Below, piece by piece: positions 8,041 to 16,981 of a stretch of DNA of 58,878 nucleotides. The notes beneath the pieces are model-generated. The model was not told the DNA's origin. It saw only the letters and a program-made list of their open reading frames with translations, and made no database searches. Source of the DNA: an archaeon (lineage in GTDB: Archaea; Micrarchaeota; Micrarchaeia; CAILAH01). Location: contig JAJSAH010000012.1 of the NCBI GenBank assembly GCA_024274875.1, forward strand, positions 1 to 58,878, given 5' to 3'. The translations under genes were made by a program, and so were the position numbers. Numbering within the stretch: the stretch's first letter is position 1; each line of letters opens with the position of its first letter.

Positions 8041-8940
8041 ATGGAAATAAAGGATATAGTTAGAGCAACTGATGCCGTGCTTGATTTTTCGTGCGCGCAT
8101 TTCAGGGAAAAGGGGTTTGTGCAGTTATCCCCAGTGATATTATCCACTGCCACAGATCCATTAGGCCCTGACCCTGGGAGTTCAGTAATAAAAACAGGGG
8201 AGATTGAATACCTTGGGCAGAAGCTTGTGCTCATGCAGTCCATGATACTGCACAAACAGGTTGCAGTAAAAAAAGGAATTGATAAGATATTCATACTTTC
8301 TCCAAACATTAGGCTAGAACATCCAGCGCGAATAAGGACTGGAAAGCACTTGTTCGAGTTTACGCAACTCGATTTTGAGATAGGACATGGTAAAATGGAT
8401 GATGTGATGTCTATAATGGAGGAATACTACAAAAAACTTATGCCATATTTAAAGGAAAAATGCCAAGACATTTTTGAAGAGAATGGGATAGAGCTTCCAA
8501 GAATTAAAACGCCGTTTGAGAGGCACTCGGCAAAAAAATTGCTGGAGAAATATGGTAAGGATTGGGAACTTATTAAATCGAGTAAAAGCAAACAACCATT
8601 TTGGGCAATATCACTCAAAAGGGAGTTTTACGATAAGGAAGACCCTGAAAAACCTGGCGAATACCTCAACTATGACTTAATATATCCTGAGGGATATTGC
8701 GAAGGGTTGTCTGGCGCGGAAAGGGAGCATGAGTACGAGCGCATTATCGCAAGGATTAAGAGAGATGGGCTCGACCCTAAAAGATACGGCGCATACCTGC
8801 AATATGCAAAAGATGGGTTGATTCCGACCGCTGGCGCAGGATTCGGAATAGAACGGCTCGTTAGATGGATTACTAAGAGAGCGCACATAGGAGAAGTTCA
8901 GCTGTTCCGCAGAGTTCCTGGAGACAAAGTCGCAATTTAG
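8041..8940 (+). CDS. asnA: Archaeal asparagine synthetase A-type enzyme: an AsnRS paralog consisting of the class II catalytic core only
   Basis: About 299 aa with no anticodon-binding domain. Motifs LSPNIRLE, FEFTQLDFEI, GLSGAEREHEY and AGAGFGIERLV match my memory of the Pyrococcus AsnRS-like asparagine synthetase. Confidence 0.75.
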   Translation: MEIKDIVRATDAVLDFSCAHFREKGFVQLSPVILSTATDPLGPDPGSSVIKTGEIEYLGQKLVLMQSMILHKQVAVKKGIDKIFILSPNIRLEHPARIRTGKHLFEFTQLDFEIGHGKMDDVMSIMEEYYKKLMPYLKEKCQDIFEENGIELPRIKTPFERHSAKKLLEKYGKDWELIKSSKSKQPFWAISLKREFYDKEDPEKPGEYLNYDLIYPEGYCEGLSGAEREHEYERIIARIKRDGLDPKRYGAYLQYAKDGLIPTAGAGFGIERLVRWITKRAHIGEVQLFRRVPGDKVAI

Positions 8941-8951
8941 CAGGTGTAAGA

Positions 8952-10280
8952 ATGAGTGACCCTTTTATTTCTTTCCAGCGAAAAACAAGCATGAGCGAAT
9001 GCAACCATATCAAGGACATATTGAACGATGAGTTTATTGGAAAAAAAGTGAAACTAAAGGGATGGGTATACCGGCACAGAGCAAGCTCAAAATTGGTGTT
9101 TATCATACTGAGAGATTCCACTGATGTTATACAATGTGTTGTTAAGTCGGATAGTGAATTTTTCGAAGCTGCAAAAGATTTATACATTGAGAGTTCCATA
9201 GAAATCGAAGGAACATTAAGGAAAGATGATAGGGCGCCCACAGGTTATGAAATAGATGTAGAGAAACTTAACTTAATATGCAAAGGAGAGCCGTTTCCAG
9301 TAACAAAAGATCAAAGCGTCGAATTCTTGCTTGATATAAGGCATTTATGGTTAAGGTCCATGAAATTGACGCGCATACTTGAAGCGAGGCACTATATCAT
9401 TGAATACCTTAGAGAATTTCTTGATAAAGAAGGGTTTTACGAAGTCCCTGCTCCATTAATTACTAAAAGCGGTGCAGAGGGCGGAAGCGAGGTTTTTGAG
9501 ATTGACTATTTTGGCGAGAAGGCATACCTCACGCAGAGTTCGCAGCTGTATGCGGAAGCCGCAATATTCGCGCTTGAAAAGGTATATGTGCTTGCGCCAT
9601 CATTCCGCGCTGAGCCAAGCAGAACAAGAAGGCATCTTGCTGAATACTGGCATCTTGAACCTGAAATGGCTTTCTATAACAACAAGATGAACATGGAAAT
9701 TCAAGAGAGAATGGTTGAATATGTATGCAACAAGATGGGTAAAGAGCACGGAAGCCTTGTTAAAAAAATTGGCAGAGATCCTGAATATCTGTTAGGAATC
9801 AAGTCGCCGTTTGAACGCATAAGCTATGAAGAGGCAATAGATAGGGCGAACAAACTCGGATGCAAAATGAAGCTTGGCGATGATTTCGGAGCTGATGAAG
9901 AATACATACTCACAAAAGACCTCAAACAACCTATTTTCATAACTGATTTTCCTATGGAGCTTAAAGCATTTTACATGGCAGAGAATCCTAACAACCCTGG
10001 GCATGCGCTATGTTCCGACCTGCTTGCTCCGGAAGGCCATGGCGAGATTATTGGAGGAAGCGAGAGAGAATGGAGGTATGAAGTATTGATGGATAGAATC
10101 AAGGAAAACAAACTTAATGTAAAAGATTACGAATGGTATCTCGATTTAAGAAAATACGGAAGCGTGCCTCACTCAGGATTTGGGCTTGGCATAGAGAGAT
10201 TCATAAAATGGATGCTTAATTTAAAGCATATAAGAGATGCCATACCCTTCCCAAGAACTATTAACAGGTTCTACCCATAA
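8952..10280 (+). CDS. asnS: Asparaginyl-tRNA synthetase
   Basis: N-terminal OB domain. Class IIb motifs TQSSQLYAE, FRAEPSRTRRHLAEYWHLEPE and GFGLGIERF. Confidence 0.85.
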   Translation: MSDPFISFQRKTSMSECNHIKDILNDEFIGKKVKLKGWVYRHRASSKLVFIILRDSTDVIQCVVKSDSEFFEAAKDLYIESSIEIEGTLRKDDRAPTGYEIDVEKLNLICKGEPFPVTKDQSVEFLLDIRHLWLRSMKLTRILEARHYIIEYLREFLDKEGFYEVPAPLITKSGAEGGSEVFEIDYFGEKAYLTQSSQLYAEAAIFALEKVYVLAPSFRAEPSRTRRHLAEYWHLEPEMAFYNNKMNMEIQERMVEYVCNKMGKEHGSLVKKIGRDPEYLLGIKSPFERISYEEAIDRANKLGCKMKLGDDFGADEEYILTKDLKQPIFITDFPMELKAFYMAENPNNPGHALCSDLLAPEGHGEIIGGSEREWRYEVLMDRIKENKLNVKDYEWYLDLRKYGSVPHSGFGLGIERFIKWMLNLKHIRDAIPFPRTINRFYP

Positions 10281-11024
10281 TCAGAAGCTAACATCAATCT
10301 TCCCCAATTCTTTTTTTGGGTCGAGCACCTTGATTAGGATGTCTCCAAAGAACTTCTCCTGCATCACATCAACATAATTGTATGAGCAAAGATACAATAC
10401 TGCTAATAAAGAGAGGACCATCTCCTCAGTTGTATTGCCGCAAATCTCATCAAAACGCGCAAGATTATATTTGTCTGCATTCGCGCGTAGATTTTGGTAA
10501 GTATTCATCATCAATTCTTCAACATCAACTTTATCTATCTCTAATTCCTCAAAAAACTTCTGATCTTTAATGGGCATTTTAGTGCGCCTGCGCTCTGCAT
10601 TAAATTCAGATTTCATCGCATCCTCAACAGCATTCAGCAGTTCATTCAAAGTCACCTTGCGCTTTCTTGGAAGTTTTGCGCGGTATTTCAACTCTGGAAC
10701 GGATTCTATTGAAGTAAAGTTTGGATTAAAATCAAGCTCAGAAGGAATATCATCAACAAGATATTCTGCCTCATAATCACCATCCTCTTTAAGAACTATT
10801 GAATCGCTTTTTATTCGAAGCATAACAGAAGCAGCAAGGATCAAGTTTGCTGGAATGTGGAGTTCAAATTTTTTCATTTTTCCGATAAATCTTATGTATT
10901 TAGAGGTAAGTTTAGAAATGTCTATATCCCAAGGGTCGAGCTCCTCCCTATTGACCAATCCGATGAGCACATCCTTCCATGTTGGATTCTCGACCAATTT
11001 CACAAAATCAATATCTGAATCCAT
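10281..11024 (-). CDS. scpA: Segregation and condensation protein A (kleisin)
   Basis: Typical N-terminus DFVKLVENPTWKDVLIGLVNREELDPWDIDISKLTSKYIRFI. Start set at the ATG at 11022-11024. Confidence 0.7.
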   Translation of the reverse strand: MDSDIDFVKLVENPTWKDVLIGLVNREELDPWDIDISKLTSKYIRFIGKMKKFELHIPANLILAASVMLRIKSDSIVLKEDGDYEAEYLVDDIPSELDFNPNFTSIESVPELKYRAKLPRKRKVTLNELLNAVEDAMKSEFNAERRRTKMPIKDQKFFEELEIDKVDVEELMMNTYQNLRANADKYNLARFDEICGNTTEEMVLSLLAVLYLCSYNYVDVMQEKFFGDILIKVLDPKKELGKIDVSF

Positions 11025-11077
11025 CAGTACAATTTCTCTAATAAATAATATATACCCTTCGGAAAAATGAAAAATGA

Positions 11078-12145
11078 TTAATCCAGATGCATACGAGAGC
11101 ACTCAAAAATGCCGTTGCTATTTAAAACTCCAGAAAAGATGCAAACCTTCCCAATCAAAGATTTAAGTTTGAGATGAGCAGCAACTTTAAGGTCGATGTC
11201 AGGGCTTAACTCATCGCCAACAAGCCCGCGTTGCGCAGAATCAAGCATAACTACTTTCACATCTCTATCATCGGATCTCGTGATGCAACATAGATTAGAA
11301 TTCTCCTCCATTACTGAAATTATTTTGGATGAGTATGCGGCGCGCAGGCCTTCTCGAAGATTAGATGCTCTTGTCAAAACCAAACAATCATCAGGGTTTA
11401 TCTCCACTTTAGAATAACTGTTTATGTGAAGCTCTCCATTTTTGAACAGACCGTCGCGCACGCGAATAACATCCCCCTGCTTAGCCTGAGAGATAAAATC
11501 AACTGCATCGCCCCAAGCAACAAAACGAACTCTGCCGGTCATATCTTCAACCCACCCGTTAGCCATAACTTTCTGCTCATCATTCCTTACATACTCCCTT
11601 ATGTTAATATCGCTCACTATCCTAACCGCAACATTGCATCTTCCATCAACAACCTGCGATAGAGGAGTGACCCTGTCTTTTTTTGTAATCTCAACCTTTG
11701 CATATCCGCCCGCGTGCGCTTCACCATTTCTGTAATACGCACCGCGCACAAAAATCCTATCGCCTCTATCCAATCGCTTATTTACCAATTTATCCACTAA
11801 ATCATCCCAAGCAACCAAAACAAGTTCTCCCCCCGCACCGTCAGCAAGCAGCACGCGCATTGTTTTATGGGATTTGCTCTCAAAAGGCACAAAAACTCTC
11901 TCAACCACTCCCTCAAAACTTACACTTGAGTTTTCCGGCACATGTTCAGAAAATGATTTCAAATGTTTGCTCTCGCGCTTAATAATCCCATTATCAATTG
12001 CAAGAATGTATAATGCTGCTTTCCGATCTATTAAATTAGCATATCTCTTTAAAACATCCTCAAGCGCTGAATCAAAGTTTTCGCCAAGCTTCTGCCTAAG
12101 TTTATGCTCAGTATCTTCGGACATCTTAACATAACCTTGAATCAT
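11078..12145 (-). CDS. RPA-like single-stranded DNA-binding protein with two to three OB folds
   Basis: The OB-fold pattern repeats (MRVLLADGAGGELVLVAWDD...GDRIFVRGAYYRNGE; GWVEDMTGRVRFVAWGDA...GDVIRVRDGLFKNGE). No zinc finger seen. Start is ambiguous (12145 or 12124). Confidence 0.55.
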   Translation of the reverse strand: MIQGYVKMSEDTEHKLRQKLGENFDSALEDVLKRYANLIDRKAALYILAIDNGIIKRESKHLKSFSEHVPENSSVSFEGVVERVFVPFESKSHKTMRVLLADGAGGELVLVAWDDLVDKLVNKRLDRGDRIFVRGAYYRNGEAHAGGYAKVEITKKDRVTPLSQVVDGRCNVAVRIVSDINIREYVRNDEQKVMANGWVEDMTGRVRFVAWGDAVDFISQAKQGDVIRVRDGLFKNGELHINSYSKVEINPDDCLVLTRASNLREGLRAAYSSKIISVMEENSNLCCITRSDDRDVKVVMLDSAQRGLVGDELSPDIDLKVAAHLKLKSLIGKVCIFSGVLNSNGIFECSRMHLD

Positions 12146-12152
12146 GAAATAA

Positions 12153-12635
12153 CTACCCTTCAATAGATGATTCAACATCTGAGTATTTCATTGCTGCAAG
12201 CTCTTTGAGCACATCAACATAACCTGGGTACGCTTTCAGAAAGTTGCTGTATGTTATTATTCCCACAAGATTCCCATTGCTGTCAACCACAGGCAATTTT
12301 TTGACCCTGCACTTAATCATTTTTTCGGCAGCATCATTTATCGAAGAGTTTGGAGTTATCGCTTCAATAGGAGACGACATCACTTCGTTTATGAGAACTT
12401 TATCTGGATCCTTTCCAGACGCAACCACTCTAAGCACGATATCCCTGTCAGTGATGATTCCCAGCGCTTCTCTCCTTTCCTCATTTATAACCACCAACGC
12501 ACCCACATTGTCTTTGCTCATCTTATATGCCGCCTCCCGGACGGTTATGCCTTCAGGGGCTGTTATCACATAGCTGTTCATAATATCTTTGACAAACAAT
12601 TCTTTGGATAGTGGCATCATGGTTAGATTACGCAT
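12153..12635 (-). CDS. CBS-domain pair protein
   Basis: Two CBS repeats (VKDIMNSYVITAPEG...GALVVIN; INEVMSSPIEAITPN...KKLPVVDSNGNLVGIIT). Confidence 0.8.
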   Translation of the reverse strand: MRNLTMMPLSKELFVKDIMNSYVITAPEGITVREAAYKMSKDNVGALVVINEERREALGIITDRDIVLRVVASGKDPDKVLINEVMSSPIEAITPNSSINDAAEKMIKCRVKKLPVVDSNGNLVGIITYSNFLKAYPGYVDVLKELAAMKYSDVESSIEG

Positions 12636-12670
12636 TAAAAACTTAAAAATAGAGATATGTTAAACAAAAC

Positions 12671-13219
12671 ATGGCAAAATGCGTTCGAGTTGCAGGCATT
12701 CAGCTTCGAAAAACTCTCAAAAAACCCTTTGGAAACAGCGAAGTGTTCAGCACTGAGCGGGCAGTTAAATTTTTAAAAGAACATGCGCACGGCGCAGGAA
12801 ACAAGCCTCTTGTTATATGCGTGGGAGATATATGCTCAAGCGAATTGCTAAAATCAGGTTATGAACCTGATATAATCGTATTCGATACAAAATATTTGAG
12901 AAAGGATGTGGATGAAGAAGTAATCAAAATCATAAAAAACTCATGCAAAAACTTGCTATCCGCAAAAAACGACCCTGGCACTATATGCTGCGAAGCTGAG
13001 GCAGTCATCGAAAAGCTCATATGTGAGCGCAAGAAAGGTTGCGTACAGATTGATGGCGAAGAGGATATGCTCGCGCTGGTCGCAGTATGCAAATGCAAAC
13101 CTGGAGACATAGTTGTTTATGGGCAACCTCATGAAGGGATTGTAATTGTAGAAGCTAATGCAGATAAAATAACCTTAGCCAGGAAATTGTATGGCGCGAT
13201 GGAAACAAGACTCATTTAG
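12671..13219 (+). CDS. GTP-dependent dephospho-CoA kinase (DUF359/COG1909 family)
   Basis: VICVGDICSSELLKSGYEPDIIVFDTKYLRKDV and DGEEDMLALVAV match the family signature. 182 aa. Confidence 0.65.
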   Translation: MAKCVRVAGIQLRKTLKKPFGNSEVFSTERAVKFLKEHAHGAGNKPLVICVGDICSSELLKSGYEPDIIVFDTKYLRKDVDEEVIKIIKNSCKNLLSAKNDPGTICCEAEAVIEKLICERKKGCVQIDGEEDMLALVAVCKCKPGDIVVYGQPHEGIVIVEANADKITLARKLYGAMETRLI

Positions 13220-13931
13220 TTTCTAATCTTAATCTTTGCGACAGGTAGTATATATTCTTTGGCCTGCCTATGCCTGCGCGCTTCCGCGTCTTAACAACTA
13301 TACCTTGGCTCTCCAGTTTAGCAAGCCATCTCCGCGCGTTCGATTCGTTTACTTTAGTTAACTTAACAATTTCATCCAACTCTCGAGGCTTATGCAATAT
13401 TTCCATAATTTCTTCCCTAAATTGCTTGTATCTCTCCTTATGAATTACCGTGAGGTTCCTATGTCTTCCGGAAAAAACTGATTCAGAACTTTGAATTTTA
13501 GTTATGCCAACTAAAAACTGGAATATTGCTTCCTTAGCGCGAGTGTCGAATAAGTAATGCGCAATAGGTTCAAGATCGCCTTTAAGGTTATTGGCCCTCT
13601 GCATAAACTCATCCAATTCGCTCTCGTGCACACCATGCGCAAGCCAATCACTTAAAACGCCAAGCTCTTCATAAATTGATGTTGCGTAAGATTTATCTGC
13701 CAAATGCACATAAACCTGCTTGCCTTGCAGGTATTTTATGTTGCGCTGCTCAAGCTTCTCCTCAGGCACATCCGACTCAAGCAACCATAAGTCAGTTATG
13801 CCCACTGACTTAATGCTGTTCTTAGCTAAAGGGGGAAACGCAAACGCATCTCTTCCCAAACGCAAGCAGATATATTTAATCTTTCTGAGCTTTTTTTTCT
13901 GTCTGGTGATGGCAAGAATTACTTTTGTCAC
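13212..13931 (-). CDS. Putative DNA-binding protein with a C-terminal winged helix, probably using a GTG start
   Basis: C-terminus HKPRELDEIVKLTKVNESNARRWLAKLESQGIVVKTRK is wHTH-like. The rest of the 432-aa track ORF is antisense to rpl7ae/rps28e. In-frame GTG at 13929-13931. There is no ATG until far downstream. Confidence 0.5.
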   Translation of the reverse strand: MTKVILAITRQKKKLRKIKYICLRLGRDAFAFPPLAKNSIKSVGITDLWLLESDVPEEKLEQRNIKYLQGKQVYVHLADKSYATSIYEELGVLSDWLAHGVHESELDEFMQRANNLKGDLEPIAHYLFDTRAKEAIFQFLVGITKIQSSESVFSGRHRNLTVIHKERYKQFREEIMEILHKPRELDEIVKLTKVNESNARRWLAKLESQGIVVKTRKRAGIGRPKNIYYLSQRLRLETK

Positions 13932-13954
13932 GCCAATATATTGCACTGTAAGAT

Positions 13955-13975
13955 TTAAGTAAATATTTATAATTG
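13955..13975. promoter_or_regulatory. Shared AT-rich TATA region for the divergent wHTH gene and the rpl7ae operon
   Basis: The tract aagtaaatatttataattg lies about 30-40 nt from the GTG at 13931 and about 50 nt from the rpl7ae ATG, which is preceded by SD gaggtg. Confidence 0.3.
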
Positions 13976-14019
13976 TTATTCTTCTTAACTTCACACGACC
14001 GATGAAAAGAGGTGTATGA

Positions 14020-14394
14020 ATGGCTAAATCGTATGTTAAATTTGAGATGGCTCCTGAGCTCGCGAAAAAGGTGTATGAGCTCGTGCAGATTGCAAGCACT
14101 ACAGGAAAGGTAAGGAAAGGGACTAATGAGGCGACGAAATCAGTTGAGAGAGGAAGCGCAAAAATTGTTGTGATTGCCGAGGATGTTGACCCAGAAGAGA
14201 TAGTAATGCATCTTCCTGAGATATGCAAGGAGAAGGGAATTCCTTTTGCATATGTCCCAAATAAGAAGGAACTTGGCAAGTTCGCAGGCATGGAAGTGCA
14301 AAGCGCAGCCATAGCAGTTGATGATGCTGGGAATGGAGTTGACTTGCTTAAAGATATCATAAACAACCTTCCAAAAGAGAAAAAGGCTGAATAG
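14020..14394 (+). CDS. rpl7ae: Ribosomal protein L7Ae (also the K-turn binding subunit of box C/D and H/ACA RNPs)
   Basis: [51 protein letters not shown]. Confidence 0.95.
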   Translation: MAKSYVKFEMAPELAKKVYELVQIASTTGKVRKGTNEATKSVERGSAKIVVIAEDVDPEEIVMHLPEICKEKGIPFAYVPNKKELGKFAGMEVQSAAIAVDDAGNGVDLLKDIINNLPKEKKAE

Positions 14395-14405
14395 CAGGTG
14401 TTTGA

Positions 14406-14612
14406 ATGAACGAAGGTATTCACGCTGAAGTTGTTGAAGTGATTGGGAAAACAGGAGTATATGGAGAAATATATCAAGTGATGTGCAAAATACTCGAAGG
14501 GAAAGACCAAAACCGTATAATGAGGAGAAATGTGAAGGGGCCTGTTAGAAAAGGCGATGTGCTGTTGCTGCTTGAATCAGAAAGGGAAGCAAAAGAGATT
14601 AGGGCAAGGTAA
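14406..14612 (+). CDS. rps28e: Ribosomal protein S28e
   Basis: [30 protein letters not shown]. Confidence 0.9.
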   Translation: MNEGIHAEVVEVIGKTGVYGEIYQVMCKILEGKDQNRIMRRNVKGPVRKGDVLLLLESEREAKEIRAR

Positions 14613-14625
14613 GAAGGTGTTTTAA

Positions 14626-14796
14626 GTGAAATGTTCGTTTTGCTCATCGGAAATTGAGAAAGGCAAAGGGCTTTTGTATGTGAGAAAGGATGGTAAAGTG
14701 CTATCCTTCTGTTCAAGAAAATGCAGAGTTAACATGCTGCAGCTTAAAAGGAAAACGCATAAAGTGACATGGGTTAAGAAGAAGACAAGGAGGTAA
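14626..14796 (+). CDS. rpl24e: Ribosomal protein L24e, 56 aa, GTG start (too short to appear in the ORF track)
   Basis: Hand translation gives (V/M)KCSFCSSEIEKGKGLLYVRKDGKVLSFCSRKCRVNMLQLKRKTHKVTWVKKKTRR. SD aaggtg lies 6 nt upstream. The position between rps28e and ndk is as expected. Confidence 0.85.
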   Translation: MKCSFCSSEIEKGKGLLYVRKDGKVLSFCSRKCRVNMLQLKRKTHKVTWVKKKTRR

Positions 14797-14802
14797 TATT
14801 TT

Positions 14803-15270
14803 ATGGCAATTGAAAGGACATTCATCATACTCAAGCCCGATGCAGTGAACAGAGGAATCTGCGGCGAAGTCATCGCCAGATTCGAGAAAAAAGGGTTGAA
14901 AATCGTTGCAATGAAAATGGCGAAGCTAAGCGAGGATGTGCTGAAAGAGCATTATGCCCACCATTCAGGCAAGCCTTTCTTTCCGGATTTGATTGAGTTT
15001 ATGTCTAAATCGCCTGTGATATTGGGCGTGGTTGAGGGCCGGAACGCAGTCGGCCTTGTGAGGCAGATGTGCGGCGTTACGGATGCCAACAAAGCTGCAC
15101 CGGGAACCATAAGAGGAGATTTTGCGCTGAGCACGAGTAGGAATGTCATACATGCATCTGATTCGACTGACACAGCAAAGAATGAGATTGAAAAATTTTT
15201 CAGGCCTGATGAGATTTTTGATTACGAGCTTAACAACAAACAATATTTGTATGCGGCAGATGAAGTTTGA
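14803..15270 (+). CDS. ndk: Nucleoside diphosphate kinase
   Basis: ERTFIILKPDAVNRG and NVIHASDS (catalytic His). Confidence 0.95.
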   Translation: MAIERTFIILKPDAVNRGICGEVIARFEKKGLKIVAMKMAKLSEDVLKEHYAHHSGKPFFPDLIEFMSKSPVILGVVEGRNAVGLVRQMCGVTDANKAAPGTIRGDFALSTSRNVIHASDSTDTAKNEIEKFFRPDEIFDYELNNKQYLYAADEV

Positions 15271-15302
15271 ATATTATAAATTCTTCCTGCATAATTTTTT
15301 TC

Positions 15303-15797
15303 ATGGAAGGCAGTGAGAATCCTAACGAAAAGGATGTATGCAGCAGCGTTGAGGCAGTGCTTTTTATGAGCACCGAGCCTTTGAAAATTGAACGCATAGC
15401 AGGAATTATTGGAATAGGATCTATAGGCGTTGTAAAGAAAGGCATTGAACAGTTGAAACGAAAATATGATGAAATGAACAGTGCTGTGCAGGTGGTAGAT
15501 GACAACGGGTTATACAGCATGCAGGTCAGGGATGAATTCCTTGGCATAGCATCAAAAATCAGCAAATTTACCGAACTGAGCAAAGGCGAGCTTAAAACTC
15601 TTGCGTACATAGCAAAAAAGGAGGATAAGACAGGCGTGCTGCAGTCAAGTGTTGTCAGAACGCTTGGAAGCAACGCTTACGCGCATATACATTCGCTTGC
15701 TGAGAAAGGTTTTATTAAGGGAATGAAGAAAGGCAGGACAAAACTGCTTAATACGACACGCAAGTTCAGGGAATACTTTAAGGTTGAAAAGATATGA
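15303..15797 (+). CDS. scpB: Segregation and condensation protein B
   Basis: EAVLFMSTEPLKIERIAGI, then a second wH (LSKGELKTLAYIA...). Start set at the ATG at 15303. Confidence 0.7.
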   Translation: MEGSENPNEKDVCSSVEAVLFMSTEPLKIERIAGIIGIGSIGVVKKGIEQLKRKYDEMNSAVQVVDDNGLYSMQVRDEFLGIASKISKFTELSKGELKTLAYIAKKEDKTGVLQSSVVRTLGSNAYAHIHSLAEKGFIKGMKKGRTKLLNTTRKFREYFKVEKI

Positions 15798-16969
15798 AAA
15801 TCATTAAGAGATATGAACTTGGCAGGCTGATGACCTTCCAGCCAGACAAAACGCGCCCCATATTCAATTGGATGCATTATAAAGAGGCGTTCTCAAGCAG
15901 GCTTGTAGAGGTCTTGATCAATGAACTTAACATGCACGCGCCGGTTTTTGACCCCTTTGTAGGAGTAGGGACTGTGCCGCTTGAGTGCAAATATAATGGG
16001 TTGTTCAGCATGGGGACTGATGCAAGCCCGTTGGCAGTGCTGACCTCGCGCGTTAAATGCAGAAATTATGATGATAAGGAGCTCAAGGAGATAGCATCAG
16101 AATCCGCAAGAATAATTGAGATGCTTAAGCGCAGAAAAGAACCTGCATTTGAGTGGAAATTTGAGCTGTTCCCACCGCACAGAGCGTTCCCGCAAAGAAA
16201 CTTACAAGTCATAAAAATCATTAGGGAATATATCAGTAAAATTGAAAACGAGAAGATTAAGGAATTCTTGTTGGTTGCATTGATATCCATACTCCCTCTT
16301 TCTAGTTATGTGATGAAAGATGGCGGTGTCCTTAAAATCATGAAAAATAAGCGGGCAGGTGATGCAAAACATCTGTTCAAAAGGAAAATCAAAAAAATGG
16401 TCAGCGATGTGAAGACATATGGAGTAGTGTATGATGAACCAAACATTCAGCTTGGAAGCGCAAAATGCATTAATGCAGAGGATTCATCAATGGGAGGCAT
16501 AATCACATCTCCCCCCTACCTCAACAATGTTGATTACATAAAAGTGTACGGGCTTGAATTGAGCTTGGCATATCCTAATGCAAATTGCAACGAAATAAGA
16601 AAGAACATGGTGAAATCTTTCATTGGAAAAAATGATGTTGGAGATATTGAGAATGATTATGTATACAACAAGCTCCTTGAACATGTCGGCAGAAACCCGC
16701 CACTGATTGCGCACGCATACTTCACTGATATGCTGGAAGTCATTAAAGAATGCTCAAGAGTGCTGCGGGAAGGGGCTATGTGCGCGATGATTGTTGGAAA
16801 CAGCGTAATGGAACGTGCGAATATTGAATGCGATGTCATACTTTCTGAGATGGCCGAAGAGATATGCGAACTAAAATCAAGTATATGGGTGGGAAGTGTA
16901 AGATATGCAGATGTTCCAGTTAAAGGAAAACTGCCAATGAGAGAGAGCTGCATAATTATGAAAAAATGA
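15794..16969 (+). CDS. SAM-dependent methyltransferase, probably an orphan N6-adenine/N4-cytosine DNA methyltransferase
   Basis: Motif I DPFVGVGT (aa 53-60) and motif IV SPPY (16508-16519), about 180 aa apart. The ATGA at 15794-15797 overlaps the scpB stop. Confidence 0.6.
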   Translation: MKIIKRYELGRLMTFQPDKTRPIFNWMHYKEAFSSRLVEVLINELNMHAPVFDPFVGVGTVPLECKYNGLFSMGTDASPLAVLTSRVKCRNYDDKELKEIASESARIIEMLKRRKEPAFEWKFELFPPHRAFPQRNLQVIKIIREYISKIENEKIKEFLLVALISILPLSSYVMKDGGVLKIMKNKRAGDAKHLFKRKIKKMVSDVKTYGVVYDEPNIQLGSAKCINAEDSSMGGIITSPPYLNNVDYIKVYGLELSLAYPNANCNEIRKNMVKSFIGKNDVGDIENDYVYNKLLEHVGRNPPLIAHAYFTDMLEVIKECSRVLREGAMCAMIVGNSVMERANIECDVILSEMAEEICELKSSIWVGSVRYADVPVKGKLPMRESCIIMKK

Positions 16970-16981
16970 TGCAGATTAAGT

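Noticed and set aside
13932-14510. Upper part of the 432-aa minus-strand ORF 13212-14510
   Set aside because: It is exactly antisense to rpl7ae and rps28e, which have unmistakable translations. Its own translation is low-complexity and Ser/Phe/Leu-rich. Only the 3' 239 codons are kept as a gene.
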